Positions 8,360 to 18,641 of a stretch of 64,000 nucleotides of DNA are shown in pieces (the stretch's first letter is position 1; every line of letters begins with the position of its first letter). Both the position numbers and the translations under genes were made by a program. The DNA lies in the NCBI GenBank assembly GCA_027083345.1, contig JALWOZ010000008.1, positions 5,006-69,005 of the forward strand, written 5' to 3'. The stretch is from Candidatus Kaiserbacteria bacterium. GTDB taxonomy: Bacteria > Patescibacteriota > Minisyncoccia > Phycocordibacterales > UBA2100. The notes under the pieces were generated by a model. It was not told the DNA's origin and did not search any database. It saw only the letters and a list, made by a program, of their open reading frames with translations.

Positions 8360-9508
8360 ATGACACATTCGACAAGCTCAGTACGAGCACAATCAAAAAA
8401 CTCAGCACAAGCTGAAACAAATAAAAATAGTGCCATGAGTGCACTAATAAATAATATCCCAGACTCCCTAACAATTGGAGACACCGTAGAAGGCTCTATA
8501 GTTAATATAGATCGTGGACGAGTGTATATAGACATCCACCCCTATGGTACAGCTATTATATATGGTCGAGAATACCTCTCTGCCAGAGACATGCTGAAGA
8601 ATCTAGGCATCGGCGATACTATAGAAGCCAAAGTTATAATGGTAGAGAATAAAGATGGCTATATAGAAGTCTCTTTAAGGGAGGCTCGCCAAAAACAAAT
8701 ATGGAATGATGCTCTAAAAGCAGTTGAAGAAAAGACTCCTCTAGAGATAGTTGTAAAAGACGCTAATAAAGGAGGCCTTATGGTAGAGTGGGAGGGTATG
8801 ACGGGCTTCTTGCCTGCCTCTCAACTATCTGCTGAGAACTATCCTAAGGTACCAGACGGAGACAAAGATAAGATCTTTATAGAACTTAAGAATCTAATAG
8901 GCAAGACTCTAACCCTAACAATGATAACTGCCGATCCTCAAGAGGGTAAGATAATCTTCTCAGAGAAGTCTACCGGCTCAACTATTAAGAAACCATCTCA
9001 AGACAACCCTATAAAACCGATAGATGAATACAAAGTAGGAGACGAATTAAAAGGTGAAATTACAGGTGTTACAGACTTTGGAGCTTTCGTAAGGGTTGAG
9101 GGTGGCATGGAGGGCTTAGTACACATCTCAGAGATGGATTGGGGATTGGTAGAGAATCCAAAAGAGCTTTATAAGCCTGGAGATGAAATAGATGTAAAGA
9201 TTATAGAGATTAAAGACGGCAAGATCTCATTATCTATAAAAGCCCTTAAAGAAAACCCATGGGAGACGGCTAAAGATAAGTATAAAACAGGAGACAATGT
9301 TAATGCTGTTATAATTAAATACAATCAACATGGTGCTCTTGCCTCTATAGAGGAGGGTGTTGCAGGCCTAGTGCACATCTCAGAATTTGGTGATGAAGAG
9401 AAGATGAAGACAGAGTTAAAACTAGGTATGCCTTATGAGTTTACTATTTCTATATTCGAGCCGGAGAATCGCAAGATGACTCTTGTATATAAGAAAAAAG
9501 AAGAATAA
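8360..9508 (+). CDS. rpsA: 30S ribosomal protein S1 (four S1 domains)
   Basis: GFLPASQL, DFGAFVRV..EGLVHISEM, GVAGLVHISE S1 repeats. Confidence 0.93.
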   Translation: MTHSTSSVRAQSKNSAQAETNKNSAMSALINNIPDSLTIGDTVEGSIVNIDRGRVYIDIHPYGTAIIYGREYLSARDMLKNLGIGDTIEAKVIMVENKDGYIEVSLREARQKQIWNDALKAVEEKTPLEIVVKDANKGGLMVEWEGMTGFLPASQLSAENYPKVPDGDKDKIFIELKNLIGKTLTLTMITADPQEGKIIFSEKSTGSTIKKPSQDNPIKPIDEYKVGDELKGEITGVTDFGAFVRVEGGMEGLVHISEMDWGLVENPKELYKPGDEIDVKIIEIKDGKISLSIKALKENPWETAKDKYKTGDNVNAVIIKYNQHGALASIEEGVAGLVHISEFGDEEKMKTELKLGMPYEFTISIFEPENRKMTLVYKKKEE

Positions 9509-9527
9509 TATAAACTCTCAAGTAAGT

Positions 9528-9567
9528 ATTAAAAACATCGCAGTCTGCAGACTGCGATGTTTTTAAT
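9528..9567. terminator. Bidirectional terminator, perfect 40-bp palindrome between convergent rpsA and pth
   Basis: attaaaaacatcgcagtctg|cagactgcgatgtttttaat. Confidence 0.85.
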
Positions 9568-10123
9568 TAAACTTATTCATTGCACTATCTACTCCATATT
9601 TAACAATCTCCTCCACTACCCTACTTACTCGATCAAATATATTAGATATCTCTTTGCGCTCTAATATACCAAACTTTTTTAATACAAAGCTACTCACCGC
9701 TCTTGACCCTCTAGGTTTGCGCTGTTTACCTAAAAATACTGGGGTAACACCAATACGCACACGGACAAAGTCTTTAGTACCAATTGCCTTTACTATATCC
9801 TCTACGCCTTTTTGCCCGCCTGAGCCACGTGCCTTACTCACTTTTACATCACCAAAAGGTAGGTCTATGTCATCATGTACGACAATCAAGTATTGAGCAT
9901 TCGCTCTACGCTCTTGCTTATCTTTACCAAGAGCCTTAGCCACCGGCCCACCTGAGAGATTCATATAAGTATCCGGTACTAACACCTCCACATTATCAAA
10001 GGTTTCAAATCGTTTTTTAAACCTTCCTACTATATCTTTACCAATATTATGCCGGGTACCTTCATACTCACTACCGGGATTCCCCAATCCAACTATGAGC
10101 CAATTTATACCATTTAGTATCAT
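9563..10123 (-). CDS. pth: Peptidyl-tRNA hydrolase
   Basis: LIVGLGNPG..Y..TRHNIG, TYMNLSG, VVHDDIDL, RVRIG. Confidence 0.96.
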   Translation of the reverse strand: MILNGINWLIVGLGNPGSEYEGTRHNIGKDIVGRFKKRFETFDNVEVLVPDTYMNLSGGPVAKALGKDKQERRANAQYLIVVHDDIDLPFGDVKVSKARGSGGQKGVEDIVKAIGTKDFVRVRIGVTPVFLGKQRKPRGSRAVSSFVLKKFGILERKEISNIFDRVSRVVEEIVKYGVDSAMNKFN

Positions 10124-10196
10124 TATTACAGAATATCACACTAGCACACGCATACAAGTTTGGTGTCAAGCTCAGCTTGTAGTATACTACTCTCTA

Positions 10197-10811
10197 ATGA
10201 CAACTTCTCCACAACAATTTACAATTTCTAACGACTCTGACACTAATAATTCTGCCTCATCAAAGACTAACAAATCCTCTACCTTATCTTTATTAATCAC
10301 AGGATTAATCGTATTAGGGATAGTACTATCTTTAAGATTTTATATAGTTAAGCCGTTTATTGTCAGCGGAGTGTCTATGTACCCAACTTTTAACTCATGG
10401 CACTATCTAATTATAGATGAGTTTACATATAACTTTATGAGAGAACCACAACGAGGTGAGGTTATAGTCTTCCACTATCCTAAAAACACTAAAAGATACT
10501 TTATAAAAAGAGTAATTGGCTTACCCGGAGAGACAGTATCTATACACGGCACAAAAGTCAGCATAAACAATTCAGCACCATTAGATGAACCTTACATCGC
10601 CAAAAACAAAGAGAAGATAGACGACATATCTATAAAATTAGCTAATGATGAATACTTTGTAATGGGCGATAATAGAAAGGAGAGTGCGGACTCTCGTTAC
10701 TGGGGTCCTCTTAAACGCAAATTTATAGTAGGCAGAGTATTAACAAGACTATTCCCCTTCTCTAAACTTGGGTGGCTACCTGGCTCTACCACATACGCAT
10801 TAGAGAGATAA
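10197..10811 (+). CDS. lepB: Signal peptidase I
   Basis: SGVSMYPT, YFIKRVIGLPGE, YFVMGDNR..SADSRYWG. Start moved to ATG 10197. Confidence 0.95.
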   Translation: MTTSPQQFTISNDSDTNNSASSKTNKSSTLSLLITGLIVLGIVLSLRFYIVKPFIVSGVSMYPTFNSWHYLIIDEFTYNFMREPQRGEVIVFHYPKNTKRYFIKRVIGLPGETVSIHGTKVSINNSAPLDEPYIAKNKEKIDDISIKLANDEYFVMGDNRKESADSRYWGPLKRKFIVGRVLTRLFPFSKLGWLPGSTTYALER

Positions 10812-10827
10812 AATAACTCATTTATAA

Positions 10828-11970
10828 ATGTTGAACCTTAAAGACATTACTATACGAAATACTAAAGAATTTATTGAAGAAGCCATAAACGCTGCAGATT
10901 CATTTGGCTTCTCAAACTTAGACAATATTCTAAATAAACTACCTTCAAAAAGATTAAAGGCTGCAAATAAAGTTATACATGCCAATCCAAGAGAGAAAAA
11001 CTTCCTAAAAACAGTCCGTAAATTAGCTACAAAAAATACACAAAAAACTAAAGAACACATATTAGGATACAGCATTAACAAAAATAAAGAGTCTGAGAGT
11101 ACCTTTACCCTAAATGTGGCGGGTACGAATAATCCTATATCTGAGGCTACTATCATAGCTACAGCATATACTCTACTAGATAATATAGGGATACCTGATA
11201 CGACAGTACATATAAACTCTCTCGGTACACATGAGTCTTTTACTAGATACATACGCGACTTAACTAAATACTTAAAAAAGATATCTAAAGATACCCCTCT
11301 ACAAGTCCGTGCAGACCTGGCCATATCTCCTTTAAGGGCATACGCTAGATTATGCAATAACAATAAAGACTTAGCCAAAGGTTGTCCCCAAGCAATAGAC
11401 TACTTAAATGATGATGGTCGCTCGCACCTATGGGGCCTATTAGAGTACCTAGAGGGAGCAAGAATACCTTATGTATTAGACAACACTGTAACAGGTAGCG
11501 GGGACTTTTTTGAACATACAATGTTTGAAATCTGGGACGATAAAAAAGACAACTTAATAGCTTATGGCGGTAGACATAATGTATTAAGCAGAAAAGCTTT
11601 CAATAAAAACATACCGATCACCACACTCTCTATAGATATAAACGGTAATGTAAATAAATTTAAACAAATCAAAGAAGACAAAAATCCAACATTTTACTTT
11701 GCTCAACTAGGTAATAATGCAAAAAAATTAGGATTAAAGGTATTACGAGATCTACACAACGCTGGCATAAAGGTTAAACATACAATAACCCATAAAGAGC
11801 TAACTAAACAAATGAGTAACCCCCTAGCCAAACAAGTACCTTTTGTCATTATTATAGGCCAAAAAGAGGCCTTAACAGATTCTGTAATAGTCCGAGATAC
11901 AGCTACCCATAAACAAAAAGTTGTACCAACTAAACAATTGGTGAGGTACTTGAAAAAGTTACAACGATAA
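10828..11970 (+). CDS. Degenerate histidyl-tRNA synthetase paralog
   Basis: HisRS-like order: VHINSLG, insertion domain, YVLDNTV..FEI..AYGGRH, anticodon-binding IIIGQKEA..VIVRD. Motif 2 and RGLDYY are not recognisable. Confidence 0.7.
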   Translation: MLNLKDITIRNTKEFIEEAINAADSFGFSNLDNILNKLPSKRLKAANKVIHANPREKNFLKTVRKLATKNTQKTKEHILGYSINKNKESESTFTLNVAGTNNPISEATIIATAYTLLDNIGIPDTTVHINSLGTHESFTRYIRDLTKYLKKISKDTPLQVRADLAISPLRAYARLCNNNKDLAKGCPQAIDYLNDDGRSHLWGLLEYLEGARIPYVLDNTVTGSGDFFEHTMFEIWDDKKDNLIAYGGRHNVLSRKAFNKNIPITTLSIDINGNVNKFKQIKEDKNPTFYFAQLGNNAKKLGLKVLRDLHNAGIKVKHTITHKELTKQMSNPLAKQVPFVIIIGQKEALTDSVIVRDTATHKQKVVPTKQLVRYLKKLQR

Positions 11971-11987
11971 GGTAGTATACACACCAT

Positions 11988-12245
11988 ATGACATTAAATG
12001 TAAAAATAGAAAAAGATGGATCTAAGAGCACAGCTCGCATATTAAGTGAGTTTTCTAGAGCTATGTTTGGCACAGGTATAGTGCGCCACTTAAAAATGAA
12101 CAAGCGCTACTTCTCTCGTAATGTATCAGCTCTACAAAAAAAGCAAGCAAAATTGCGTAAGATGGAGAAAGTAGCTAAACTTGAGCAAGACATTAAAGAT
12201 GGCAAAGTACTTATTAACTCTCAAGGCAGAGTAATAAAACGATAA
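11988..12245 (+). CDS. rpsU: 30S ribosomal protein S21-like
   Basis: Small basic protein with a bS21-like pattern (V-K..S..IL..F.R..GI....KRYF..S..K). Confidence 0.6.
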   Translation: MTLNVKIEKDGSKSTARILSEFSRAMFGTGIVRHLKMNKRYFSRNVSALQKKQAKLRKMEKVAKLEQDIKDGKVLINSQGRVIKR

Positions 12246-12274
12246 TTCTTAAAAATCTGTTATAATATAGCTAT

Positions 12275-12655
12275 ATGGTTAGCTGTGTTATACGAAAGAC
12301 AATCCACAAAAGGCACCCGTCGGTGCCTTTTGTGGATATTGCCGATAACATCTTACCTAAAAAATATGAACTCTCTGTAGTTTTAATAGGAGACAATCTG
12401 GGTAAAAAATTAAATAAAAAATATAAAAATCGCAATTACCCAACCAATGTACTCTCTTTCCCCTTAGATAGCGACAATGGTGAGCTTTTCTTAAATATAA
12501 GAAAAGCTGAGAGAGAAGCTAGTAAATTCAACCACAGTAAAAATAAGCATATTATTTACTTATTTATACACGGATGTTTACATTTGGCAGGTTACGAGCA
12601 TGGCAGTATAATGGAGAAACTAGAGCAAAAGTATCTAAAACAATTTATAAAATGA
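12275..12655 (+). CDS. ybeY: rRNA maturation factor YbeY
   Basis: LNKKY..PTNVLSF, HGCLHLAGYEH. Confidence 0.95.
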   Translation: MVSCVIRKTIHKRHPSVPFVDIADNILPKKYELSVVLIGDNLGKKLNKKYKNRNYPTNVLSFPLDSDNGELFLNIRKAEREASKFNHSKNKHIIYLFIHGCLHLAGYEHGSIMEKLEQKYLKQFIK

Positions 12656-13803
12656 ACAAGAACATAATAACAGGTATAGACTTAGGTACGAATACAATTA
12701 AAATCGTAGTGTCTGAGTTAGATGACAATAACTCAATAAAGATACTTGGAGTTGGTACAAGCAAAGCTGAGGGCTTACGCAATGGTTATATAGTAGACAT
12801 GCCATCTACAGTTAAGAGTATAAGCAGAGCTTTAGACAACGTAGTTAAAAACTCCAGACTCCGCCCTGACAAAGCATATCTATCTATAGGAGGCATAAGC
12901 CTCTCTGGGTTAAATGCAAATGGTACAGCTTACATACGACATAGCGACTCTATTATCACCGAACAAGACTTTAATAACTCTCTCTCTGACGCATCTAAAA
13001 AATTAGCCAATAAACTCACAAATAAAAAAATAATACATGATATACCAATAAAAACCTCAATAGACGACGAAGTGGCTTTGTGTAATCCAATAGGCATGCA
13101 GGGCTCTAAACTAGAGAGTAAGGTATTAATAGTAAACGCTTTAGAGAGTCATATAGATGACTTTGTATCAGCAGTGGAGGACACGGGAGTAGAGGTTGTA
13201 GATGTTACAGCAGCACCTTTAGCGGCTAGCTTCTCCTCTATAACTACACCTCAAAAGATGCAAGGTTGCATGTTATTAGACATAGGTGCTGAGAGTACAG
13301 ATATAATAATCTTTGAAAATAATATGCCTATATTCTTAAAAGTCTTACCTATAGGCTCTAACGATATAACCAATGCCTTAGCAATAGGATTAAAGGTCTC
13401 AATAGAGGAAGCTGAACAAATTAAGAAAGGTTCTCTTGTAGGCACCAAATATACAGAAACCACTATAAACAAGATAATATCCAAAAGTTTAACTAATCTT
13501 TTTCAAGAAATTAAATCTATACTCAGAGAGCTGGACAACAATACCATGCTACCATCTGGTATTTTAATAACAGGTGGAGGATCTAGACTTAATAATATAG
13601 AGGACTTAATTAAAACCAATCTAAAATTACCTACAAAAGTAGTATATGCTGACGAAAAGCAAATCGTAGGCAATCCTGAGTTTACAGTATCATATGGATT
13701 ATGTATCTGGGGAGCTAACAGTGAGAACGCTAGTACAACTATCCAAAAAATGAAAGCATATATGCTAAAAATTGTAACCTGGTTCAAACAATTCTTACCC
13801 TAA
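12652..13803 (+). CDS. ftsA: Cell division protein FtsA
   Basis: GIDLGT, LLDIGAEST, AEQIKK, ITGGGS actin-fold motifs; ATGA overlap with the ybeY stop. Confidence 0.92.
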   Translation: MNKNIITGIDLGTNTIKIVVSELDDNNSIKILGVGTSKAEGLRNGYIVDMPSTVKSISRALDNVVKNSRLRPDKAYLSIGGISLSGLNANGTAYIRHSDSIITEQDFNNSLSDASKKLANKLTNKKIIHDIPIKTSIDDEVALCNPIGMQGSKLESKVLIVNALESHIDDFVSAVEDTGVEVVDVTAAPLAASFSSITTPQKMQGCMLLDIGAESTDIIIFENNMPIFLKVLPIGSNDITNALAIGLKVSIEEAEQIKKGSLVGTKYTETTINKIISKSLTNLFQEIKSILRELDNNTMLPSGILITGGGSRLNNIEDLIKTNLKLPTKVVYADEKQIVGNPEFTVSYGLCIWGANSENASTTIQKMKAYMLKIVTWFKQFLP

Positions 13804-13818
13804 AAATATTATATAAGA

Positions 13819-15120
13819 TTATTCTCCTGTTTTAAAATACTCTACCGCTCTATCCATTATAGGATCCTCACCCTCTTTAAACTCTTTGATCTTTCTGTCT
13901 TCTAAAATCTTTCTTAAATCTACTTTAATATTAGGCTCTATACCATCAGTACCAATATGCACCCCTCCAGGCAAGAGCCACAAAGCTACAGTTACCTTTA
14001 AAGAAGAATTATCTGTAATATTAACCAACTCTTGCACAGAGCCCTTACCATAAGTGTTTGTACCGATTAATTTAGCTTTTTTATACTCCTTGAGCGCACC
14101 AGACAATATCTCTGATGCTGAGGCAGATCCTTTGTCTACTAAAATAACCATATCTAATTTATTGTTAAATATATCGTAACCTCTACTCCTATGTACAATC
14201 TTCTTACCATTTTTGCCATAATCCTCTGTAACCACAACAGAGCCTTTAGGTAAAAACCAACTGGCAATATCTACTGCGGATCCTAAATACCCTCCCGGAT
14301 TACCTCTCAAATCTAATATGAGTTTATGCTTACCGCTATTTTTAAACTCTAATATTGCTTTCCTAAATAGATCTGCAGAATTAGCACTGAAGTGCATCAA
14401 CTCTATAACAAACTCACCTGTCGGTAAAGTTTTGGTCTCTATGGTTGGTATCTCTATAACACCTCTTTTAACTTTTATATTTAATAATTCCGGCTCACCC
14501 TCTCTAAGTATCTCAAACTCAACTATAGAGTCTTTAGGGCCTCTAATCTTTTTAACAGCAGTATTAATATTTATATTTTTAGTACTAACCCCGTCTATTT
14601 TTAATATTCTATCCTTAGCCTTTATCCCAGCTGTAAATGCAGGAGTACCTTTTAATGGAGATACAACAGTTAAAAGTCCGTCTCTTAATCCTATCTCCAT
14701 ACCCACTCCCTCAAATTCTCCACTTATATCATCTGTAAAAATCTCAGCATCAGAAGGGGGAAAGAATATTGTATAAGGATCATCGGTACTGGCGGCAAGA
14801 CCCTGTGCTAATCCCCAAACTCTTTTTTGGTTAATCTCTTTTTTGGTTAATTTTTCTGTACTTGTAGCACTCACCTCGTGAGAAGGTACGAACTTACTAT
14901 CTAATAAATACCAAACCTTCCAAACAGGGTCAAGATCTATATTTTTTGGAGCACTTGAGTATAAAGAGGCACTCACTTCAGCCGGCAAAATGTTTGAACC
15001 CAATCTATTAGCCCCTACTAACACCCCCAATACAAATGTGAGCAAAATGATCGGGACTACAACAAAAGGGGAGCTCAGAGGGAACTTTGTGCAAACAAAT
15101 TTAATTTTGTCTTTAACCAT
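13819..15120 (-). CDS. S41 carboxyl-terminal processing protease (CtpA/Prc family)
   Basis: DPYT, PDZ domain, LDLRGNPGG, SASASEI, TYGKGSVQ. Confidence 0.95.
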   Translation of the reverse strand: MVKDKIKFVCTKFPLSSPFVVVPIILLTFVLGVLVGANRLGSNILPAEVSASLYSSAPKNIDLDPVWKVWYLLDSKFVPSHEVSATSTEKLTKKEINQKRVWGLAQGLAASTDDPYTIFFPPSDAEIFTDDISGEFEGVGMEIGLRDGLLTVVSPLKGTPAFTAGIKAKDRILKIDGVSTKNININTAVKKIRGPKDSIVEFEILREGEPELLNIKVKRGVIEIPTIETKTLPTGEFVIELMHFSANSADLFRKAILEFKNSGKHKLILDLRGNPGGYLGSAVDIASWFLPKGSVVVTEDYGKNGKKIVHRSRGYDIFNNKLDMVILVDKGSASASEILSGALKEYKKAKLIGTNTYGKGSVQELVNITDNSSLKVTVALWLLPGGVHIGTDGIEPNIKVDLRKILEDRKIKEFKEGEDPIMDRAVEYFKTGE

Positions 15121-15141
15121 AAGTTTAAGTAGTATACCACA

Positions 15142-16929
15142 TTAATCGTTGCGCAATACCTTCATAAAGGTATCTTGTGGAATATGCACAGAGCCTGTAC
15201 CTCTAGCCAGAGCTGCCTTTTTACCCCTTTTTTGTTTGTCTAGTAATTTATTCTTACGAGTTACATCTCCTCCATACAATTTAGCAGTAACATCTTTACG
15301 CATGGCACTCTTGCGTCTACTAGCTATTATATTACCACCAGCTTTAGCTTGTATCTTTAAAACAAATTGCTGTCTAGGTAGCACCTCTTCTAACTTCTCT
15401 ACCATCTTATCTCCCTCCTCTCTTGCTCTACGTCTAGAGACTATACGAGTAAATGCCGGGCTCACCTCCTCTGCAATAAGAATATCTAATCTTGTAACAT
15501 TAGCATCTCGCATACCTATGGGTTTATAACTCAACGAAGCAAAGCCACTTGACACATTTTTTAATCTATCAAAAAAGTTCCTCATCATCTCTCGTAAAGC
15601 CATCTCCGCCACAAGCTCAGTACGACCATCTGGCATAGTGTTAGTGTCTACAACATCTGCCTCATGTTCGTGTAATAATTGCATAACTCCACTTATGTAA
15701 TCTGACGGCACTAATATACTCAAACTAACCCAAGACTCTCGTACGCTACTGTATTGATTATCATCTGGGAATTTTATAGGTGAATATATATTTTCAATTT
15801 TACCGTCCTTATGGGTTACCTCATACACTGTTGTAGGCATTGTTACAACAAGATCGAGATTAAACTCCCGCCGCAAACGTTCTGTAATAATCTCCATATG
15901 TAACATACCTAAAAAGCCACATCTAAACCCTCTACCAAGAGTACCGCTAGCCTCTTCTTCATATGACAATGACGAGTCCATAAGGCGCAACCTCTCTAGG
16001 CTTTGTCTAAGACTTGCTAGATCATCTTGGCTCTCAGGGTAGACACTCGCCCATATCACTGGGTCCGGTTCGCTATAACCCCCTAAAGGCTGCACAGAGC
16101 CTTTGGGAGACAAGACTGAGTCTCCAACATTTACTATTCCAGGCTTTTTAATACCTGTTACTATATAGCCTATCTCTCCAGCCCTTAACGATCCTCTTGG
16201 AGTCTCTTGTGGAGTAAACACTCCAACCTCGTTAGCCTTAAAACTCTCTTTAGACACCCCGAACTTTAACGAGTCTGACTTTTTAATCTCTCCATCCATA
16301 ACTCGTACAAAAAGTACAATACCTCTATGATCGGAATATTTGAAGTCAAATATCAGAGCTCTCGGATCATTAACTGTAGTGTCAGGTGAAGGCACGCTAC
16401 TAACAATAACGTCAAGTAACTCCTTAACTCCTTCCCCTGTTTTACCTGAGACTAAAAATATATCCTCTTCTTCTACTCCCAAAGTAATAGCAACCTCCAT
16501 ACGCACTTCATCTACTCTGGCTAAAGGAGAGTCTATTTTAGACAAAGCCGGTATAATGGTTAATCCCAACTTCTTAGCTATAGACAACGTACTCATTGTC
16601 TGTGCCTCTATACCTTGTGTAGAATCTACTAATAAGATAGCCCCCTCTATGGCACTAAGCGCCCTAGAAACCTCATAGGCAAAGTCTATATGACCAGGGG
16701 TGTCTATTAGATTTAGTACATGCTCTCTCCAGTTCATACGAACAGGTTGCATCTTAATAGTAATGCCACGCTCTCTCTCAAGCTCCATAGAATCTAGCAC
16801 TTGATCTTGCATATTACGTGCCTCCACCGTATTGGTAATCTCTAACATTCTATCAGAAAGGGTGCTCTTACCATGATCAATATGGGCGATAATTGCAAAA
16901 TTCCTTATTTTTTGTATTTCTTTATCCAT
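15142..16929 (-). CDS. lepA: Elongation factor 4 (LepA)
   Basis: IRNFAIIAHIDHGKSTL, DTPGH, GFRCGFLGMLH, KDVTAKLYGGD. Confidence 0.98.
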   Translation of the reverse strand: MDKEIQKIRNFAIIAHIDHGKSTLSDRMLEITNTVEARNMQDQVLDSMELERERGITIKMQPVRMNWREHVLNLIDTPGHIDFAYEVSRALSAIEGAILLVDSTQGIEAQTMSTLSIAKKLGLTIIPALSKIDSPLARVDEVRMEVAITLGVEEEDIFLVSGKTGEGVKELLDVIVSSVPSPDTTVNDPRALIFDFKYSDHRGIVLFVRVMDGEIKKSDSLKFGVSKESFKANEVGVFTPQETPRGSLRAGEIGYIVTGIKKPGIVNVGDSVLSPKGSVQPLGGYSEPDPVIWASVYPESQDDLASLRQSLERLRLMDSSLSYEEEASGTLGRGFRCGFLGMLHMEIITERLRREFNLDLVVTMPTTVYEVTHKDGKIENIYSPIKFPDDNQYSSVRESWVSLSILVPSDYISGVMQLLHEHEADVVDTNTMPDGRTELVAEMALREMMRNFFDRLKNVSSGFASLSYKPIGMRDANVTRLDILIAEEVSPAFTRIVSRRRAREEGDKMVEKLEEVLPRQQFVLKIQAKAGGNIIASRRKSAMRKDVTAKLYGGDVTRKNKLLDKQKRGKKAALARGTGSVHIPQDTFMKVLRND

Positions 16930-16941
16930 AACATCACTTTA

Positions 16942-18621
16942 CTAATTTAATTCAGTATCTGCAATAACCTTTTTAGTCTTCCATACCCTGTGATGTAAAA
17001 CTCTCCAAACAGTACGAATCTCACCATTACCTATGATAACCAATGCTACCACTCCTAATATTACCCCGATCAACCCAGCTAGAGCTCCTTGTATAAATAC
17101 CTCCAAAAGAGTATTAATCGTTACTATACCTGAAGCTGTTATGCCTTGCAAAACAAGATATGCTGTAATACCTATAACAAACGAACCAACCAAACTCTCT
17201 AATAATGTACGTATCACTGCTCTTAAATTATTACATTTAAAATCATACATAAATAACATAAAAAATAATAAGGCTGTAACTATGCTAGACAAACTATATG
17301 CCATAGGCAACATCAATACAGTAGTATTCCCTACATCTAGAGTCCTTGTAATAGCTTCTAAGAAGTCTCGCCAATATTGGCTACTAGCATAAAATTTGCT
17401 TAACACAATTGCAAAAAAGATAGTCATACCTGCAGATAAAATACTGAGTATCTGAGGTTTTATAGTACGACCTGACGCATAATATCCACGTATAAGTAAT
17501 AAAACCAGACCTTGTGATACCAAGCTTAAAACAAACAACGCAAGTGCAGCCGCAGTTAAACGTGTGTCTGACCAATCAAAAGCACCAGAACCATATATAA
17601 CCCTAACTATCTGTGCTCGTAAAACAATTACTAAAGCCATTATTGGTAAAGACCAAAATATAATATGTCGAGAGGCTGTTATTATTTGCTTTACAAAACC
17701 ATCAAAATCCTTGTTTGCAAATAACTTAGACAACACAGGGAAGGCCGCAGTAGAATAACTAACGGCAACAATAGAGAGTGGGGCTGCTTGCAAATTAAAA
17801 GCCAAATTAAATACAGATATAGAGCCCTCACTCATCGCACCTGCCATAATAATCAACATGAGTAAAGTAACTTGATTAGCGGACAAAGCTATGGTTCTTG
17901 GTATGGATACAGCCATAACTTTAACAGCATCTTGCAAAACAGTTATATGGAAGTTCTTTCCAAATCCCAACGAGTAAAAACTGGGCAATTGTATAGCAAC
18001 ATGCATCAAAGCCCCCAACACAACACCTATAGCCAAACCATAAATCCCAAACATAGGGACTAGCCAAACTATACCTATTATAATACCTAAATTATACAAA
18101 ACAGGAGCTAACGCATATATAAAATACTTACCATAATATTGCACTACACTAGATATTATACTAGAGAGCCCCAATATGATGGGTTGGAGCAACAAGATGT
18201 GTACCATCTTTATCAATATCTCCCCATAACCCCTTATAACCATCTCTGTGAAAAACCTATCCATTATGAAAGGGGTGAATAAATACATAATAAAACTCAC
18301 CATAAATAAAAGAGCACCAAAAACAAAAAGAAGAGTATGCACAAACTCTTGTCTCGCTTTATCACTCTCTTTATTTGATAAAAAAGGTATCAAAATGAAA
18401 ACAGAAACCATAGAGGCCACAACTGTGTACACCAAATCCGGAACCCTGAAGGCGGCGTAATATATATCAAGGTCAACCCCTGCACCAAAACTATAAGCCA
18501 ATAGTTTATCTCTTAAAAGAGCCAATATCGTAGAAAATAGGGCAAAACCAGCCAAGAGATACGCAGCATCATGTATGTTGCGTATCTCTCTATTTAACCT
18601 TTTTATAGCCTTACTAATCAT
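16942..18621 (-). CDS. murJ: Lipid II flippase MurJ/MviN
   Basis: LALLRD..FGAG..D.YYAAFRVPD, APVLYN, many TM helices. Confidence 0.9.
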   Translation of the reverse strand: MISKAIKRLNREIRNIHDAAYLLAGFALFSTILALLRDKLLAYSFGAGVDLDIYYAAFRVPDLVYTVVASMVSVFILIPFLSNKESDKARQEFVHTLLFVFGALLFMVSFIMYLFTPFIMDRFFTEMVIRGYGEILIKMVHILLLQPIILGLSSIISSVVQYYGKYFIYALAPVLYNLGIIIGIVWLVPMFGIYGLAIGVVLGALMHVAIQLPSFYSLGFGKNFHITVLQDAVKVMAVSIPRTIALSANQVTLLMLIIMAGAMSEGSISVFNLAFNLQAAPLSIVAVSYSTAAFPVLSKLFANKDFDGFVKQIITASRHIIFWSLPIMALVIVLRAQIVRVIYGSGAFDWSDTRLTAAALALFVLSLVSQGLVLLLIRGYYASGRTIKPQILSILSAGMTIFFAIVLSKFYASSQYWRDFLEAITRTLDVGNTTVLMLPMAYSLSSIVTALLFFMLFMYDFKCNNLRAVIRTLLESLVGSFVIGITAYLVLQGITASGIVTINTLLEVFIQGALAGLIGVILGVVALVIIGNGEIRTVWRVLHHRVWKTKKVIADTELN

Positions 18622-18641
18622 TACTGCGCAGTATAGCTATT

